From contig CM097885.1 in the NCBI GenBank assembly GCA_044892525.1, positions 36,148,001 to 36,212,000 of the forward strand: a stretch of DNA of 64,000 bases. Direction: 5' to 3'. A program made the translations under genes and the position numbers. Of this stretch, positions 13,201 to 26,647 are shown in pieces. Under the pieces are notes generated by a model that worked only from the letters and a program-made list of their open reading frames with translations, made no database searches and was not told the origin of the DNA. Positions within the stretch are counted from its first letter, which is position 1; every line of letters starts with the position of its first letter. The stretch comes from Schmidtea polychroa (Eukaryota).

Positions 13201-16200
13201 CCTTATTTTGTTTTTCTGGAAATTGAAATTCCACCTTCATTTGTACTTCTTAATTAACAATGACCTAATTTCTTGTTTGTTTCCTTTTATTTGATTTATC
13301 TTTCTCATTTTTAATTTTTTTTTACTTTTGTTTTCTTTTCTGAGTTCATGACGATCTTCCCCCAGGTAATTTTATTTATTTATTTATAAATTGTTTATTT
13401 AGGTATCCTCAACAAATATATTGTATAATATTTAGATACAATTATAAATAAAATTGATATAATTTTGGATTTTTATAAAAAAAATAATATTAATTACTTG
13501 TGGGCATTCCTGATTTTCATTTCCAAAAGAGTTATTAACAACATTATACACCTTCACTTTCACCTTGTAAATGTTCAACAGTATGTCATTGGATATGTTA
13601 AATTGCATCTTAGAATTGCATTGATAAAAGCTGTTGGAATTTGATAAAGTGAAATTGGTGTATGAAATGTTTGTGAAAATGCCTAAATGATTGTAGTCAA
13701 TGAAAATTTTAATTATTACAATATAGAAAATATAATTTTGTTTATATTTGTTACATGTAGTGAAATATAAAATTTACAACTTCAATTAGTTATTTTATCT
13801 ATACATTTGATATGGATAACAACATTGGTGTCAGAAACATGACTGATGAGAACATCCATATAAAAGTTCCTCAATTTTTCAACAATCGCAAACTATGGTT
13901 TGACCAAGCGACATTCGAAACCAACAATATCAGAAGTGAGAAAACAAGATATTTCCAAATGCTCACAAGCTTACCGCTTTTTATACTGGATGGACAATTG
14001 GAATCATCTATCCCACACCTGGAGTTTTATTATACAATTCTACTTGAATCTGCGATTAAACATTCGATAAAATCAGTATTTGAAGCAGCTTCGCAGCTAT
14101 TTCAAAATCTAATTTTAGGAGACCTAAAACTAACTCAATGATTTCGGTAAATGAAGCCAAACTTCGCAATATTGGAGTCCGACACGGATTTCAAAACGAG
14201 CAATAATCTGAGACATAAATCTTATACTTATACACATCCAGCATCTGTTAATAACAACCAATGGTGACATTGACGATTTAGTAAACACAGTCGATATCCA
14301 CACATCTTTACAAGGTAGTCAAAATTTCAAAATTTCAGAAGCCCAGATTTTAGATGATAAGAGGAAGTTTCTTCAATCAAAATTAAATGCATTAAAGAAG
14401 TTATATACAGACTCAAATAGTGGTTATGTTTGTAATTTTTTAAAAAAGCAATGGAACTACACGTCCTTGAGGGGATAACAGACTCCTTAATTCTGTCACA
14501 AAGGTAAATAAATATTCGTTTCTGAGAATCTACAACATTCTTGATCAGATAAGTAACAGCAGAATCTTCTCGACAATAGATCTAGAAAGGCTTACCATCA
14601 AATCCCGATTTGCAAAAACTATTGCTTGTTTGTATGATCATTTTATTAAAGATACTGCGTGAAAAGTGTTTATTTCTTGAAACCTTTAACCATGAAACAT
14701 TAAAAATCAGCACACATGTAAGTTTGTGTGTTTATTAGGGTTATGACTTTTTATCAGCCCCATGCTGCTGTACTGTAGTTTGATGAACATTTACGTAAAA
14801 AGCACGAAATGAACTATTATTTGCATATCTTTTCAAAAATGTTCACCCCGCCATTGAAAAATCGATTTTGACATAAGTACTACTATGTATTCAAATGTAT
14901 TTACAATGTCATAGTCATGTAATACAATAAATTTTTAATCTAACAATGACTCAGACCGTTGACCTTGCTCTTGCTTGTTGCACAGAAGGAATCGAAGGTG
15001 CAATTTGTCTTTATTTTTGCATGATGAATAAATTTCATCCATTACTTTGATTGCGCGCTCTGCGCATTGATTACTTCTGGGTATCTGTAGTATGGATGGC
15101 TCTCAATTCCAGTGATTTTTCAAAGAGCTTAAAGCCTTTTTGTATGGATTTAGTATTTAAGCCAAGTTATTAAAGTCGTTTTCGTTGTACAGTTGGTCTG
15201 TAAACCAATGGTCTGCCCAGCCATACGATATAAATCGACATACTCTCTGCAGAATTGTCCTTGTTGAAGGAATTAAAATGAAGGCCAGGATCGCTAGTAT
15301 AGCTCTGGAGTTCCACCTCGCATTGCTGATGTTGGGTATTTTCTGAAACTTGACCAATGAAAAATGTCCCTTTTCCTCAAAAAATCGGAACACTCAAGTG
15401 AGATGAAACAAAAATTTTATATCATCTCTCCAGCCTGATGTTTCGAGAATTAATTCTGTTCCCGTTATCAAACTGTGTTTTCAGTTGTTCGTACTCATTC
15501 AACAGTTGAGATATAAATGGATATTCGATGTTTGGCGATTGTGTTTTACTTCCAAGTTCTTCATCCATCACTAAACGGATGATTCTATCTAATACATGGT
15601 GTTGACGACTGATAAACTGAGGTTTGTTGATGCGTTTCTCTGTGAACATTCGTTGCAATATTATAACACCATTCTTTTTTCCAGTGTTAACGCTGGTGGT
15701 ATCTGAAACAATCATCTGTATTGAATTCCATAGGTGAAATTCATCGAGGACTGTAGAAATTCCTTCAGCAATAGTTAAAGCCATGCCATCTACCAAGCCA
15801 AGAACATTCAATTTGATTTCTCTTCTTTCATTTTTAAGGACAACCACTTGATAATCCATTCTGTCGATTTGCTTGCCATCAAAGTGTAAGGACCAACTTT
15901 CCATATGCAACTTTTCAATCATTTCTTCCTTCAGCTTAATTGCCTCTTTGATTGTTGACTTGTAAATAGCTGATTGACATGGAGTTGGGATGTCAATGCC
16001 TTCACGAGCCAATTGCTTGCATATGTTAGCAGCTTTGTTTGTTGATACTTTTGAGGTGGTCACCATCTTGTTTGAAATTTTGCTTTTTTGATGTTTTATG
16101 CTTGGTATAGGAGTTGTCTCATCTTCTTTTTCATTGTTTTCATATTCACTGTCGTCAGCCTCAGAATCAGAATCACTAAAACCAGGATAGTAAGATGATG

Positions 16201-19200
16201 AGTTGGATGACTCATTAGAAAGTTTTTGTCTTTTAGAGGGATGGATCGTTTCTTTACTGGCCGCTTGACCTGTAGAGTATCCCACTGTTCCTTTGCTTTC
16301 CACTTGGAGATGGTACAATCGCGTGTCCTCGGAAGATAACCATGTTCCATCCACTTTAGTAATATCAAAAATTTCACCAAGGGGTTTGTAGCTTCCCCGC
16401 TTGACACATTCATCATAATATTTCAGTATTTTATCAAGCTTTGCTCGTATAACCTGATCAGACACGTGAGGAAAATTCAGTTTATTCTTCCACAATTTGG
16501 TGACTTCTTTGGAAATTTCCGCTATTCGCTCCTTTCTTTCTTTGATTTTTGGTCCAAAGAAATTGTAGCGTCCCAAAATTTGCTTTTGGAGAGGCATTCT
16601 GCACTTTCTTCCAGTGAATATTCTTCCAAAGGGACCGTTCTTCTTCTTTTATGAGTCTTTAAATTTTACCAGATTATTGGTCCAGACATCCTTATTCTTC
16701 TGAATGCTACTATTGCTAGGCTTGTACGACGACATGTGTTGCTTCTGTAATAACTATAAAATTAGATGAGCAGCTATATATTGATTCTATATATTGAGCT
16801 ATAAAGTGTTCTAGAATGTTCTAAAGTCTTCTAAAATATTCTGTTATTTTCCAAAATGTTCTAAAGTTCTAAACACTTCTAATCTATACAAGTTTTAAAT
16901 GATTTACAGGAAAGTCACACGTATTAGCAGTAACAAGATTAAATAAATGACAAAACGTAATTTGAATTGCGGGGTGACCTTTTTTACAACCGAGATGACT
17001 TGAACATGTTTTTTTTAATAAAAGTTCATCGATTTATGACACAGGAAATTAATTTTTTTTAAAAAGTCAAAAAGTCATAACCCTAGTGTTTATGATATAA
17101 AGTTATTGATTTTTTTGAAAATGCTTTTTTGAGATGCTTTTATTCCATGCAAGCAGGAGTATCATGTGTATCTGCTAATAAATTTATAATACACAGGCAA
17201 GTTTGTATGTTTCTTATACACCAAAGCTCAATTGATAAGCGTTTTAATAACATTAAACAAGATCCAGTCAATCAAGGGCCATCTTGAAAAATTCGCTGTG
17301 TGTGAGTTACTAAATATAAAAAAATTCACAGAATAGCAAACGAGAGTGGTGCATTGTATTTATTACAAAAATAACGGGAGTGGGGTGTCCGACAAAATTA
17401 TACAAAGTGTCAGAACTAAAAATAATCAATTTATTACTTATACAAAAAAAATCACAAAATTGAATTAAATAACATTAAAAAACCTTTAAAAACAAAAACA
17501 AACCTTAATGCAAACAAGAAACAAAAGTAACTTATATATTTATTTTCCGAGCTTTTTCTTTGGCAAACTGATCAATAATATCCCTCGTATTTGAGTTATC
17601 AAATAAATCTCTCAATTGATAAAATACTTAAATCATTGAATTTTCTCTGTCCCAAAGAAGATAATTTTTTATTCTTTTTATTGCTGAAAATGATCTTTCG
17701 CCACTGCAGTTTGTAGATTAATTTTCAATACAAATTACGTTTAGATAAAAAATACACCCGGGGGCGAGTATACATAGGTGGTCAGCTCACATTTAAGTCG
17801 TCTATCGAAGTTTATAGCATCATAACTTATTGTAATCTCGTTTGTCATTCTAGCACATTTGAATATAAAAATCATATTTTAAGAAATTGTTTTAATTTAA
17901 AAATACGTGAAAACTAATAAAATGAAAAATGAATTTTTATAAAACTAATAACTAAATCACTAATAACTAATAATAAAAAAACACATACACCGCAAATAAA
18001 AATGGCCTCTCCAAAAGTCTTGCGCCCTTTGGGACGTGCTTTAATATGGTATAGAAATTTGAAAAAGTAAATTAAATTATTTTAATGACTATTTTAATAA
18101 GCAGCATCACTGCGGTACGTATCTTTCTCTGGTTAGTTTTTAAATATTTGGTTAATCTGCATGCGTTTCTAAGCAAATGGGCACATTGTTTAAAAGGCGC
18201 TTAATTGATTTATCTGCACTTTATACCTTAGTCATGATAAAATCTGGAACATCTAGAACATCTAGAACATTTGCACTTTGCTCTGTGTAAGTTTTCGCAT
18301 TTCACTAGACCAATTGGTAAATGGTGGGGATTATGAGTTGATCTAGTGCAGATACATCCATTTTTTTAAAGATTGATATAGAAAATTGTAAATTATTTAA
18401 AAAATTTTAAAAAATTTGCAATTTACTATTTATTTGTTTTTTTTAATTAGAAGAATCATTTAAAAATATATATTAAGAAGCCTTATAGTTACGGTGACCG
18501 TACGTCCTTTTTTTAAGAGGTCAGTAGTTTATTTAACTTCTATTTTCGTAATAAATGTTATAAACCTAGGAACTTTATAATGTATTTTTTTTATTTTCTT
18601 CAATATGTCCTTTATTTTTCCAAAAAATATGGTCACCGTAATTATAGTAACTATGTAAGAGTAAATGATACAATAAATACAACGAAGTTGTGATTTTTCA
18701 AAAGTCTTTCAGTTGTTACGGTAATGGGAAAATTACTGGATTGATTTAGTCAAAAATGTGATTTAAATGTAATAAGAATAAAAGTTTTAAATTTAATAAA
18801 TTTTTTTTAATATAATAAATTCAAAAAAATTAGATTTTTGATATAATTTCTCAATTTAATTTCTAAATTTAATTTCACTCCTAATGACTGAATATTGAGA
18901 AAGAAACAACAATATAACTTTTTTTTTCAATTTCACCACTGATTTTTTTCCATTGTATTTATTAAAAAACTTGAAGACTATAAATCAGTAAATATATCGA
19001 TGTTTTTGTTATATTTACTGATTTATAGTCTTAAAGTTTTTAATATAACTTTTCTTTAAATATATTAATAATAAAGAGTTTTTGCCCTGAAAGACATATA
19101 AGAACTTATTTTTATGTAATGTCTTATTTTTATGTACAAAAATCTACTTTTATTCAAATACAGCTATGTCGTCGTCTTCTGGAAAATCGTCATAACTTTC

Positions 19201-21755
19201 CAAACCCCGAATTCCGGTCTGAATATCTTGGGATTCCATTTTCAAATCACATTAAGACATATTTTCGTGGATGTTCTATTGGAATAATTAAGTTGAATGA
19301 ACGTTTTTAACTTTCGGTTGAGACTGCAATGTTTGATTTTCGAAAAAAACAAGAAAGCTGGAGCATTTCCACGAAGCAATTTTATAAAATTACTCTTTCT
19401 TCATATATTTCATCCATTTTAATTTATACCTTCGATTCCAATATTCAACAAGAAAATTATGTCAATATAATAAGTGCGCATTATTACATCTAAATTAAAT
19501 TATCCTGTGTATATGTTAACGACTTATCTTAGCGCAACAAAGGAAATGCAATAACTAAAGAGGAACTTTCCACAAGTATTATCTTCAAAATAAACCAGAG
19601 GCTAGATAAATAAGAAATTCATATTTCTTGCCTTTAACGTCATGGACATGCATCAAGGAATGAATGTTTTTCTATGAAAAATGGAAGATTTAAAAAATGG
19701 TCAAATTAAGTATATAGTAACGTCAGTTTCACCCCAATTCTCATAATTTATGTTCATATGACATCTCATGTGATTGAACCGAATCAACTTTGGCCAGTGT
19801 TCAATATGTACATTTGTTACGTAATTACAATAATCAAATATAGGCAGTGACCGATTTCAGATACACCGTGAAAAATATGCAGAGAGATAATGTGCATTTA
19901 AAACAATAATATTTATCATATAAACAATAAAATGGATTATGCAAGAGTTTGAAGAACAAACTAACAGTTATGAACATATATTATTAAACTGATTATATGA
20001 AATCCTAGAGGCTATGTAAAATGATTTAGTAACCATAAAAATAAAACGAGTTTTCTATGTAGATTAAAGTTAGGTTGAAGGACTTTACGTAAATAAGGCG
20101 TTAAACTTAAATTTTGACTGCAATTAAATGTAAATGTAAATCGTAAATGTAAATGTAAATGTAAATGTAAATCGTAACCCAAATTAAAAACACCAAAATT
20201 GTACTAAAGTACACAAAAAATCAAATTTTGTAAAGCGAATTAAAATTTTCAAAGCTTTCTACCAAAGACTATTTAAATATAGATTGAAAAAAATTTCCTA
20301 GAATCTTTTTGAAATCCTAAAATAAGAATTTTATATAGAATAGTCATGATTTTCATGATTATTGATTTTTAAAATTTTTATTTTATTGATTTTAAAGTGC
20401 ATTTATTGATTATTAAGTGCAAAATTTTCAAAATAGAAGTTCAGGTATTGACTTAAATGTGTAATTATTGATTAAAAAGTACAAATATTGATATAAAAAT
20501 GAATTTTTACATTTTTTTTATTTCACTGTAGCGCTGGAGTTTGAGATTTTCAAAATATTATTTAGACTAAAATATAGAGGATGACGTCACCTATATCTTT
20601 CCTGACCACAACATTTTCGTATCTCTTCAAAATTTTTTGGAGCAAAAATTTAAATATTCCAAAGAGAAGAACTTGACTAGAAAAAGAACCTTGTAATTTA
20701 CAAGGTCACCTGATGAACCTTGCTGCAGATCCACGATTATAAATCATTCTTCTAAAACCTTCACATCAACCTCAACTTGTTCAAATCTATTATGTACTTT
20801 TTAGTTGACAATCCGTATAAGTACTAGTTGTAATTTTGTGTTCATTAACCCTTTCAACTCTGTAGGGACACATTGTCCCAGAGAAGTTCTGAATATGCTA
20901 CAAATGTATTAAATGCTTACAACTGTATTGAGACTTGGGATTTCAATACTGCGGAACAATTTTTTTCTTCTACTGCGTAATTTTATCGTCATATTTAGTT
21001 CGCAATAAATCTTATGTGGAATAAAATTTTCATAAATTAAAAAACAATCATATTAAAAGGGTTCGCCCAAGTGAGAACAACTAAGAAATATTCTTATACA
21101 GATATTTGCTGTTCAAAATTAACAAATAACTGTAATATTTAGTTAAATGTTTTGATAATTTATCATTTAAAAGTACGAAATGACAACAGTCGGCCAATTA
21201 TTGTATGACCCGAAAGATTAATCATTGGAAATTGATATACCCATTAAACCATTGGTAAGCAAAAGTCAACATTAATTGACAATCCCTACCTGCAGGTTGC
21301 ACCGAGTCAGGAAAATTTACATTCGGCAGTTGATATGTGAATTGAATGGATGTCAATATGACCGATTGATTCGTATTTTTGAAATTGAATGACAAAGTTT
21401 CAGTGGGAGGGATAGAAATAGTGAACTGAGCTTTAGTTACATTGTCACATAATCCAGATTGATCCGGTTGAGATTGAGACATATTTAAATTTATATAGTT
21501 GTACTAAATTCACTTTTAATATTTCATTTAATGTCAAATGACCATTACTCCATGCCCGGTTGGATAAAACACATGAATATCTGAACTAATATCTAACAAT
21601 GCACATTTGATTTTATTTGATTCGATGTAAAAGTGTTTAACATCTGGATCTGAATAAATTATACAAAAGAAATCTGAAAATAAATCAAACATTAATTCTA
21701 AAGATATAAGTAAGAATTATTTACCAATTATAATAATGATGAAAAATAATCTCAT
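2392..21755 (-). CDS. Lamp: Lysosome-associated membrane glycoprotein (LAMP family) with two luminal LAMP domains; isoform using the distal terminal exon (about 512 aa)
   Basis: Phase-consistent GT-AG exons: 21725-21755, 21549-21673, 21290-21503, 13498-13682, 9676-10143, 9416-9620, 7165-7335, 2392-2531. They encode a signal peptide (MRLFFIIIIIDFFCIIYS), LAMP domain 1 (KCALL...GLC...FYQC...ECPQD), an S/T-rich hinge, and LAMP domain 2 (VCLVL...GYC...GYTC...FKYEAF...DC). These are followed by the TM segment YIIPIIVGVALAIFLVIVVIIFLIL and the tail RCRNKRNSSYETI*. Many N-x-S/T sites are present. Confidence 0.93.
2655..2809 (-). CDS. Lamp: LAMP alternative proximal terminal exon (TM plus NYIMIQ tail)
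   Basis: A T-rich ...ttttag| acceptor in the same phase 1. It translates as VVNDCELNSKYLRTTQIIAITLTGIMLILLIFLAIYSIYKKKFKSNYIMIQ*, which keeps the D-C cysteine, a hydrophobic helix, a basic cluster and a YxxI motif. Confidence 0.78.
3530..4091. mobile_element. Non-autonomous hAT (Charlie-like) MITE
   Basis: TIR CAGTGGTTCTCAA / TTGAGAACCACTG with a perfect 8-bp TSD CACTAGAT (3522-3529 and 4092-4099). Confidence 0.92.
4650..5180 (+). pseudogene. Highly decayed Gypsy-like gag/pol relic
   Basis: Purine-rich, coding-like fragments (for example ...ELKKDGVI-like) with many stops. Weak signal. Confidence 0.3.
5582..6705. mobile_element. Truncated Penelope-like element with inverted terminal (pLTR) structure
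   Basis: Arms at about 5582-5940 and 6300-6654 are inverted copies. The interior (about 5940-6270) is the reverse complement of the 3' end of the Penelope element near 59620-59980, sharing GATCTGTTGTCATTGACCTTGAGAATAACTGATA. Confidence 0.8.
6715..7002. mobile_element. Tc1/pogo-type MITE
   Basis: Imperfect TIRs TATTTTTACGAGTACAAGTCG / CGACTTATACTCGTAAAAATACGG. A related left end, CCGTATTTTTATGAGTATAAGTTG, occurs near 26137. Confidence 0.6.
8828..9020 (+). pseudogene. Merlin/ISXO2 (IS1595-like) transposase C-terminal fragment
   Basis: VHRYKFV...GNVHTQNNESYNNKLKYRIK resembles the VNH..FV...HTQxIE motif. Confidence 0.65.
9935..10140 (-). repeat. Two-copy coding tandem repeat in the LAMP hinge
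   Basis: FQNKSTTYIPETSTYNSKTTSYIHPTSKSTHNTDFTTS followed by FQNKSTTYKSSTHNSKTTSNIHSSTHYTDFTSS. Confidence 0.85.
10509..11002. mobile_element. Non-autonomous hAT MITE
   Basis: TIR CA(T/G)GGATATTCAACT, 8-bp TSD CTCTATTG, and a subterminal GGCCCGCGGGCC motif. Confidence 0.9.
11515..11956. mobile_element. Non-autonomous hAT MITE
   Basis: TIR CAGAGCCnnAGCTAGGG / CCCTAGCTACGGCTCTG, 8-bp TSD TGTACAGC, and subterminal GGCGCC motifs. Confidence 0.9.
12438..13414 (-). mobile_element. Solo LTR (Ty3/Gypsy-type)
   Basis: TGTTG...CAACA termini with a 4-bp TSD AATA. A homologous copy lies at 56762-57530. Confidence 0.85.
13812..14620 (+). pseudogene. Decayed Gypsy retrotransposon (gag and RT fragments)
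   Basis: Gag-like IKVPQFF..RKLWF.Q..FE...I.SEKTRY, and an RT motif IFSTIDL..AYHQIP with a frameshift near 14590. Confidence 0.75.
14736..17085 (-). mobile_element. Full-length hATm-like DNA transposon (2350 bp)
   Basis: Perfect 17-bp TIR TAGGGTTATGACTTTTT and perfect 8-bp TSD GTGTTTAT, with a transposase inside. Confidence 0.93.
14935..16689 (-). pseudogene. hATm-type transposase with frameshifts and stops
   Basis: ORFs 15422-16597 and 15157-15393 plus a downstream fragment. Motifs seen: SLHFDGK, VSDTTSVNTG, HHVLD, NARWNSRAI and SNQCAERAIKVM. Confidence 0.85.
17530..17720 (-). pseudogene. Decayed hAT transposase dimerization-domain fragment
   Basis: The reverse strand reads NCSGERSFSAIKRIKNYL and DIIDQFAKEKARKI. 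Confidence 0.7.
18490..18640. mobile_element. Short hAT (Blackjack-like) MITE
   Basis: TIR TACGGTGACC / GGTCACCGTA with a 7/8-matching TSD (CTTATAGT / ATTATAGT). Confidence 0.75.
18965..19040. repeat. Hairpin repeat, family 2 (probable Penelope-terminus remnant)
   Basis: Inverted arms AAGACTATAAATCAGTAAATATA / TATATTTACTGATTTATAGTCTT. The same motif occurs near 62200 and at 63229-63361. Confidence 0.65.
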
Positions 21756-24083
21756 TTTTACTGAAGTTAATAATTCTTTCAATTAAAATTTAAATATAAA
21801 GAATATTTGAAAGTCTTATGTTTATAGGTAGATATATTACACCGCAGTTAAACAACTGTCAGTATAAATAATTATAAATTTAATATAAATTTTCTTTAAA
21901 AGTACTATAAACTTAATTATTAAAAAAAAATTTAAGAATAGTAATATTATTTGAAATTTCATAAAATATCGAATTTTAATTAAAAAAACTTTAATAACAA
22001 ACAGGAAAATCATTTTCATTTTGTTTACTAGTGTTTTGAGCTAAACGTATTATACTAATTTTTTCGTAAATTAATCTTTTTAGGTAATTAATAGTCATTT
22101 AAAAAGTGCATGTAAAATTAAATATTTATATTTATAGTATTAGTCTCTAACCAAATCCAAAATGTCAAAGAGACAAAGCTATTTAAGTATTCATCACGAT
22201 GAAAGTACGAAAGAAAAGAATATATAAGAAAGGAGTTAGAAACCTAACTTCAAAAAATTATAAAAAATATATAATTGTAATATGGAAAATAATAATAATT
22301 ATTTCTGGAAATTATGAGTAGAATATTGTAAGAAATAAAATCAATACTTGTGGTAAAAGAAAAATTTAATAGTGCAATAAAAAGAAATTAAATTAATATT
22401 TTTATAACAGCTATTAATTATTTTTTGTAGATAGTAGAAATTGTATAAATAGAGAGCCAGTTTTTGGTTAATTCACTAAAAATTAGCGTCAATACGATTT
22501 CTTAATGATGCACTAAAAGGAACAACAGCTAGTTCGCCACGATTTTTTGAATACATTACTTGACATTGATGACATAACAAATAGAAAAACATAACACTCA
22601 CTTTTAGAGAGAATACCCAAACCAAAGATGCCCTTAGAAATACAAAATAATTCTTAGGCAGCTGGTGCTGACGTATGAACATACCATATTATGTAATTAC
22701 GGGTTTCGTATAACATATATAATTATATAACAATTACATAATGTGCATAATTCATACAATACATATTATTATGTAATCAGACATACTTTTGCACAATAAC
22801 AAGATTTATTGCACAATGAAAGTTAACAAGAGCTGCATTACGATAATCGATGAAAATGAGTGGACATTTGACTTTATATATGAGGTGAGAGTTTGGAAAT
22901 GTCAGTGGTCGAGTGAGATTTGATGAGGGGTATCAGAGTTAAGGAATCCGAGTTGGCAGTTCCAAAATACGCCCGAAAACCTCTTTTTCAAATAAACTAT
23001 AAAACATCCAGAAAAAATTCAATTATAAGTCAATTAATAAAAATACTAAAATTCAAAATAAATTGTCCACATCTGTGTGCACACACATAGATATATGCAA
23101 CTCAAAACAACGCGCACATACGCGATAATTAACCTCAGGATTGACCAGATATGGATGATATTATAATGAAAAACCTCTATTTTGCTATAATTCATCGAAC
23201 AAAAGTAATTGAAGTAAATTCAATTTATTTATTACTGATAGAAGAGGATGAAAAAGATCATTATACTGCAGTAACTAACTTGCAAATTTTTATTCTAGTG
23301 AAGCTTTATTTTTAAATTTTTATTCTAGTGTAATATTCGTATTTGTTATATGTATATCTTTTTTAATTGAAATTTTTTAATTAATTAAATAAAGAATTTT
23401 AATGAACAAATTATAAATTAAAGAAATCCGTAAACGAGGTCTACATATTTATTTTGTTTATCAAAATTGGTTTTTTCAGTAGAAAGTCTAACATAAAACA
23501 AAAATTTTATTAATATTTAATAATATTAATAATTTAATATTGTAAAATTATTAAAATAATTATTACTATTTATTTATTTTATTATGTTAAAAGCTTTTAT
23601 TTCTATATTGCTTTTAATGTCAAATGAACTTCCATCAATATTCTTTTAATTAAGAGATGTAATATTTTTTTATGAAAATGTTAAATAATAGCTCATTGCA
23701 AAATAAACTTTCTTCATTTATATATTTTATTCAGGATCTTTCATATCAAAATTTTATATAATTATTATAATTTTGCTTAAATATAAAAATTATTATTTCT
23801 TAAATAAAAGTAATAGTTTTCATATAACATCTGTCATTTGTTTAAATAATTATTTTATTGTGCCCATTTTTCATTAATTGTTATACTTTTTTTATAAAAA
23901 TTTATCCCACTGTCTAAAAGAAAGGAGTGAATTGGCAACTACAAACCGGGTTAATTATAATTATTTTTTTGGAATTTACAAGACAACTTTTTTCGGAATT
24001 TCAAAGTTGCTAATAATACCTGAGATGAGATATTATTGTTTATTTATTATTGTTTTTGATGGTAATTATGAATTAGAGTTTAA

Positions 24084-24393
24084 CCACTTGCGCTATATTG
24101 ACGTGCCAGGCACGTCTTGATGATTTTTTTCAGAACTGCAAGTGACGTGTATACCACGTCGATAGTATTTGTCGTAAAAACAAAAACAAAAGTAGACTAT
24201 TGATTAATAAAATTTATTGTTGTTGTTAATAATTATTTATATTCGTGTAAATCTTTTATGTAAGACCCTACCCTCGCGCTAAGCACTGGTCAAACCTCTG
24301 AGCTCGCTGACGCGGTGAGGCGTCGATGCCTTACGATACTTTATATAGTAGAGCGCGGCACAGCTACCGAAAATTAAATCATAGCGCAAGTGG
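24084..24393. mobile_element. piggyBac-type MITE
   Basis: Perfect 13-bp TIR CCACTTGCGCTAT flanked by TTAA on both sides. Confidence 0.9.
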
Positions 24394-25199
24394 TTAAAGC
24401 CCAAATACCTAGTCATTTATATATAAAAAATATATCACAACAGCAATCTTGTTCTCATTACGAGACCTGCCTTCCTTGAACCAAAGTAATTAATAATCTT
24501 GTTTTAATAGACTTTATATAAATAAAGATTATTAAAACAAATTTCGCACTAAATTATCGAAAATTTTAACGGAATTTGATAGAAATCACGTAAAAGTTAA
24601 ATATTTTTGTAATGAAAGTTTAGATAATTCATTTATTTTCTAATGGAAAATGTTATAAGATAAAAATTGAGAGCGCTTTTAAACAAATTTGATAATGAAG
24701 AGGATTGATAATTTTTTCTATACATTTTTCAGTATTATTGAAATTTAATTTAATAATATATTTAGATTACAATATTTAAATTAACTATATAAATTCTATT
24801 ATTCAGAATTAATATTAAAATTTATTAATTACAAAATAAAATTAATTTTCCCAAACCTAATCCATCCATTATTAACCAATAGGAATTTATATATCAACTC
24901 ATCGCCAATAATATTTTTTTCTAAAAAAATATAAATGATTACAATAAAAAAATTTATTTAATGAATTTATAATATTAAGATTAATAAAATCCGGTAAGTA
25001 TTATAAATTTTTATGTGAATACAAATTAATAAATATAACTATATAAATAATAATATTTTAAATTTTATTTCTTTCACTTATATGTTTTAATTTTATTACT
25101 AAGAATTTAATTCAAAGAGATTACATTAAATTAAAAGAAATTCTTTACTAAATCATATTTTCTTTGTAATTTACACAGTAAAAAATTAATGAAGCATAC

Positions 25200-25322
<123 letters not shown>

Positions 25323-26529
25323 TTATAATTAAAATTAATTTAAATATTTACCAAAATTTTCAAGTATCTAATTACAAATTAACGGTTTTTCATTCCAGCT
25401 AGAATTATTCATATGCAGTTTCGTTGAATTGAAATTAATTAATTCAGTGAGAAATATTTTGATGACAAAAATCTAAAATATCACCAACAATTTAATTCAT
25501 TAAAATTATAAATTTTTAAATTAAAACATGTGGACAAAAGTTAAACTTTTAAGCAAATAAATATATAAATAAATACTAATATCGAATCGGTTAGTACTCA
25601 CAAGTTTTATAAAATGAAAATGGATAAAATGAAAATTTATTAATTAATTTGCTGCGATAAATGTTTTACGTTTTGAAATGTGTTAATTTTCTGATTTTCT
25701 CTATATTTACTTCTGTTCAATATTTTACTTTTTATATTATCGAAATCCAATGACACGGAGTTTGATAATGGACCCGATGTACGAGTCAATGCACCAAGCA
25801 TCTGGTTTTTATTCGACACTTTTAGGCAGTACGATTTAAACACTAAATGGATGATTTCAACATTGGATAATTCATGCTATTGTTGTTGTCTTTTCGATTA
25901 ATATTTTAAGAATAGCGAAAGACAAATAAAAAATATGCGAATCACTGATACATGATATTAATTAAAAATTAAATTAATAATTATAAATAAAATAAAGTTT
26001 GGATGTAATATGTAGGTTCATAAAGCTAAATAACTAAAGCAATTATTAAAAATAAAATTTGGTAAAACAAGATTATGATAAACTCTCGGTGAGTGTCACA
26101 AATGGTGATTATAGTTTTTAAACCCATAAAATGATACCGTATTTTTATGAGTATAAGTTGAACTTTTTTCACATTTTCTTTTGAAATAACTTAATCTGTG
26201 ACTGCAAATAAAATTATGTGATTTAGACATTAACAAGGTTTTAATGTTATCTAATAATAGTGATTTTAAATACATTTTATTTTAACTAATATTTAGTTAT
26301 TTAATTAGCTTAATATTTAAATCGCCTGAATAATTTTAATGATTGTAATTTTATCTTTATCCGTTTTATAAATAAATATTTAAAAATCAACATCTTAAAG
26401 ATATGAAAATGAATTTTAAAGAATGTTGAAATTATACTTATTCTGATCTTAAAAGAATTATTAAGAAAAATTAAAAGAATATTTTTTTAAATGTGCGAAA
26501 TTATTTCAAGTTTTATGAAATTAGTGTCA

Positions 26530-26647
<118 letters not shown>

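Noticed and set aside
13004..13294. Hydrophobic ORFs in the LTR copies (also 57252-57640 and 43910-44263)
   Set aside because: They arise from T-rich LTR sequence and show no recognisable protein features.
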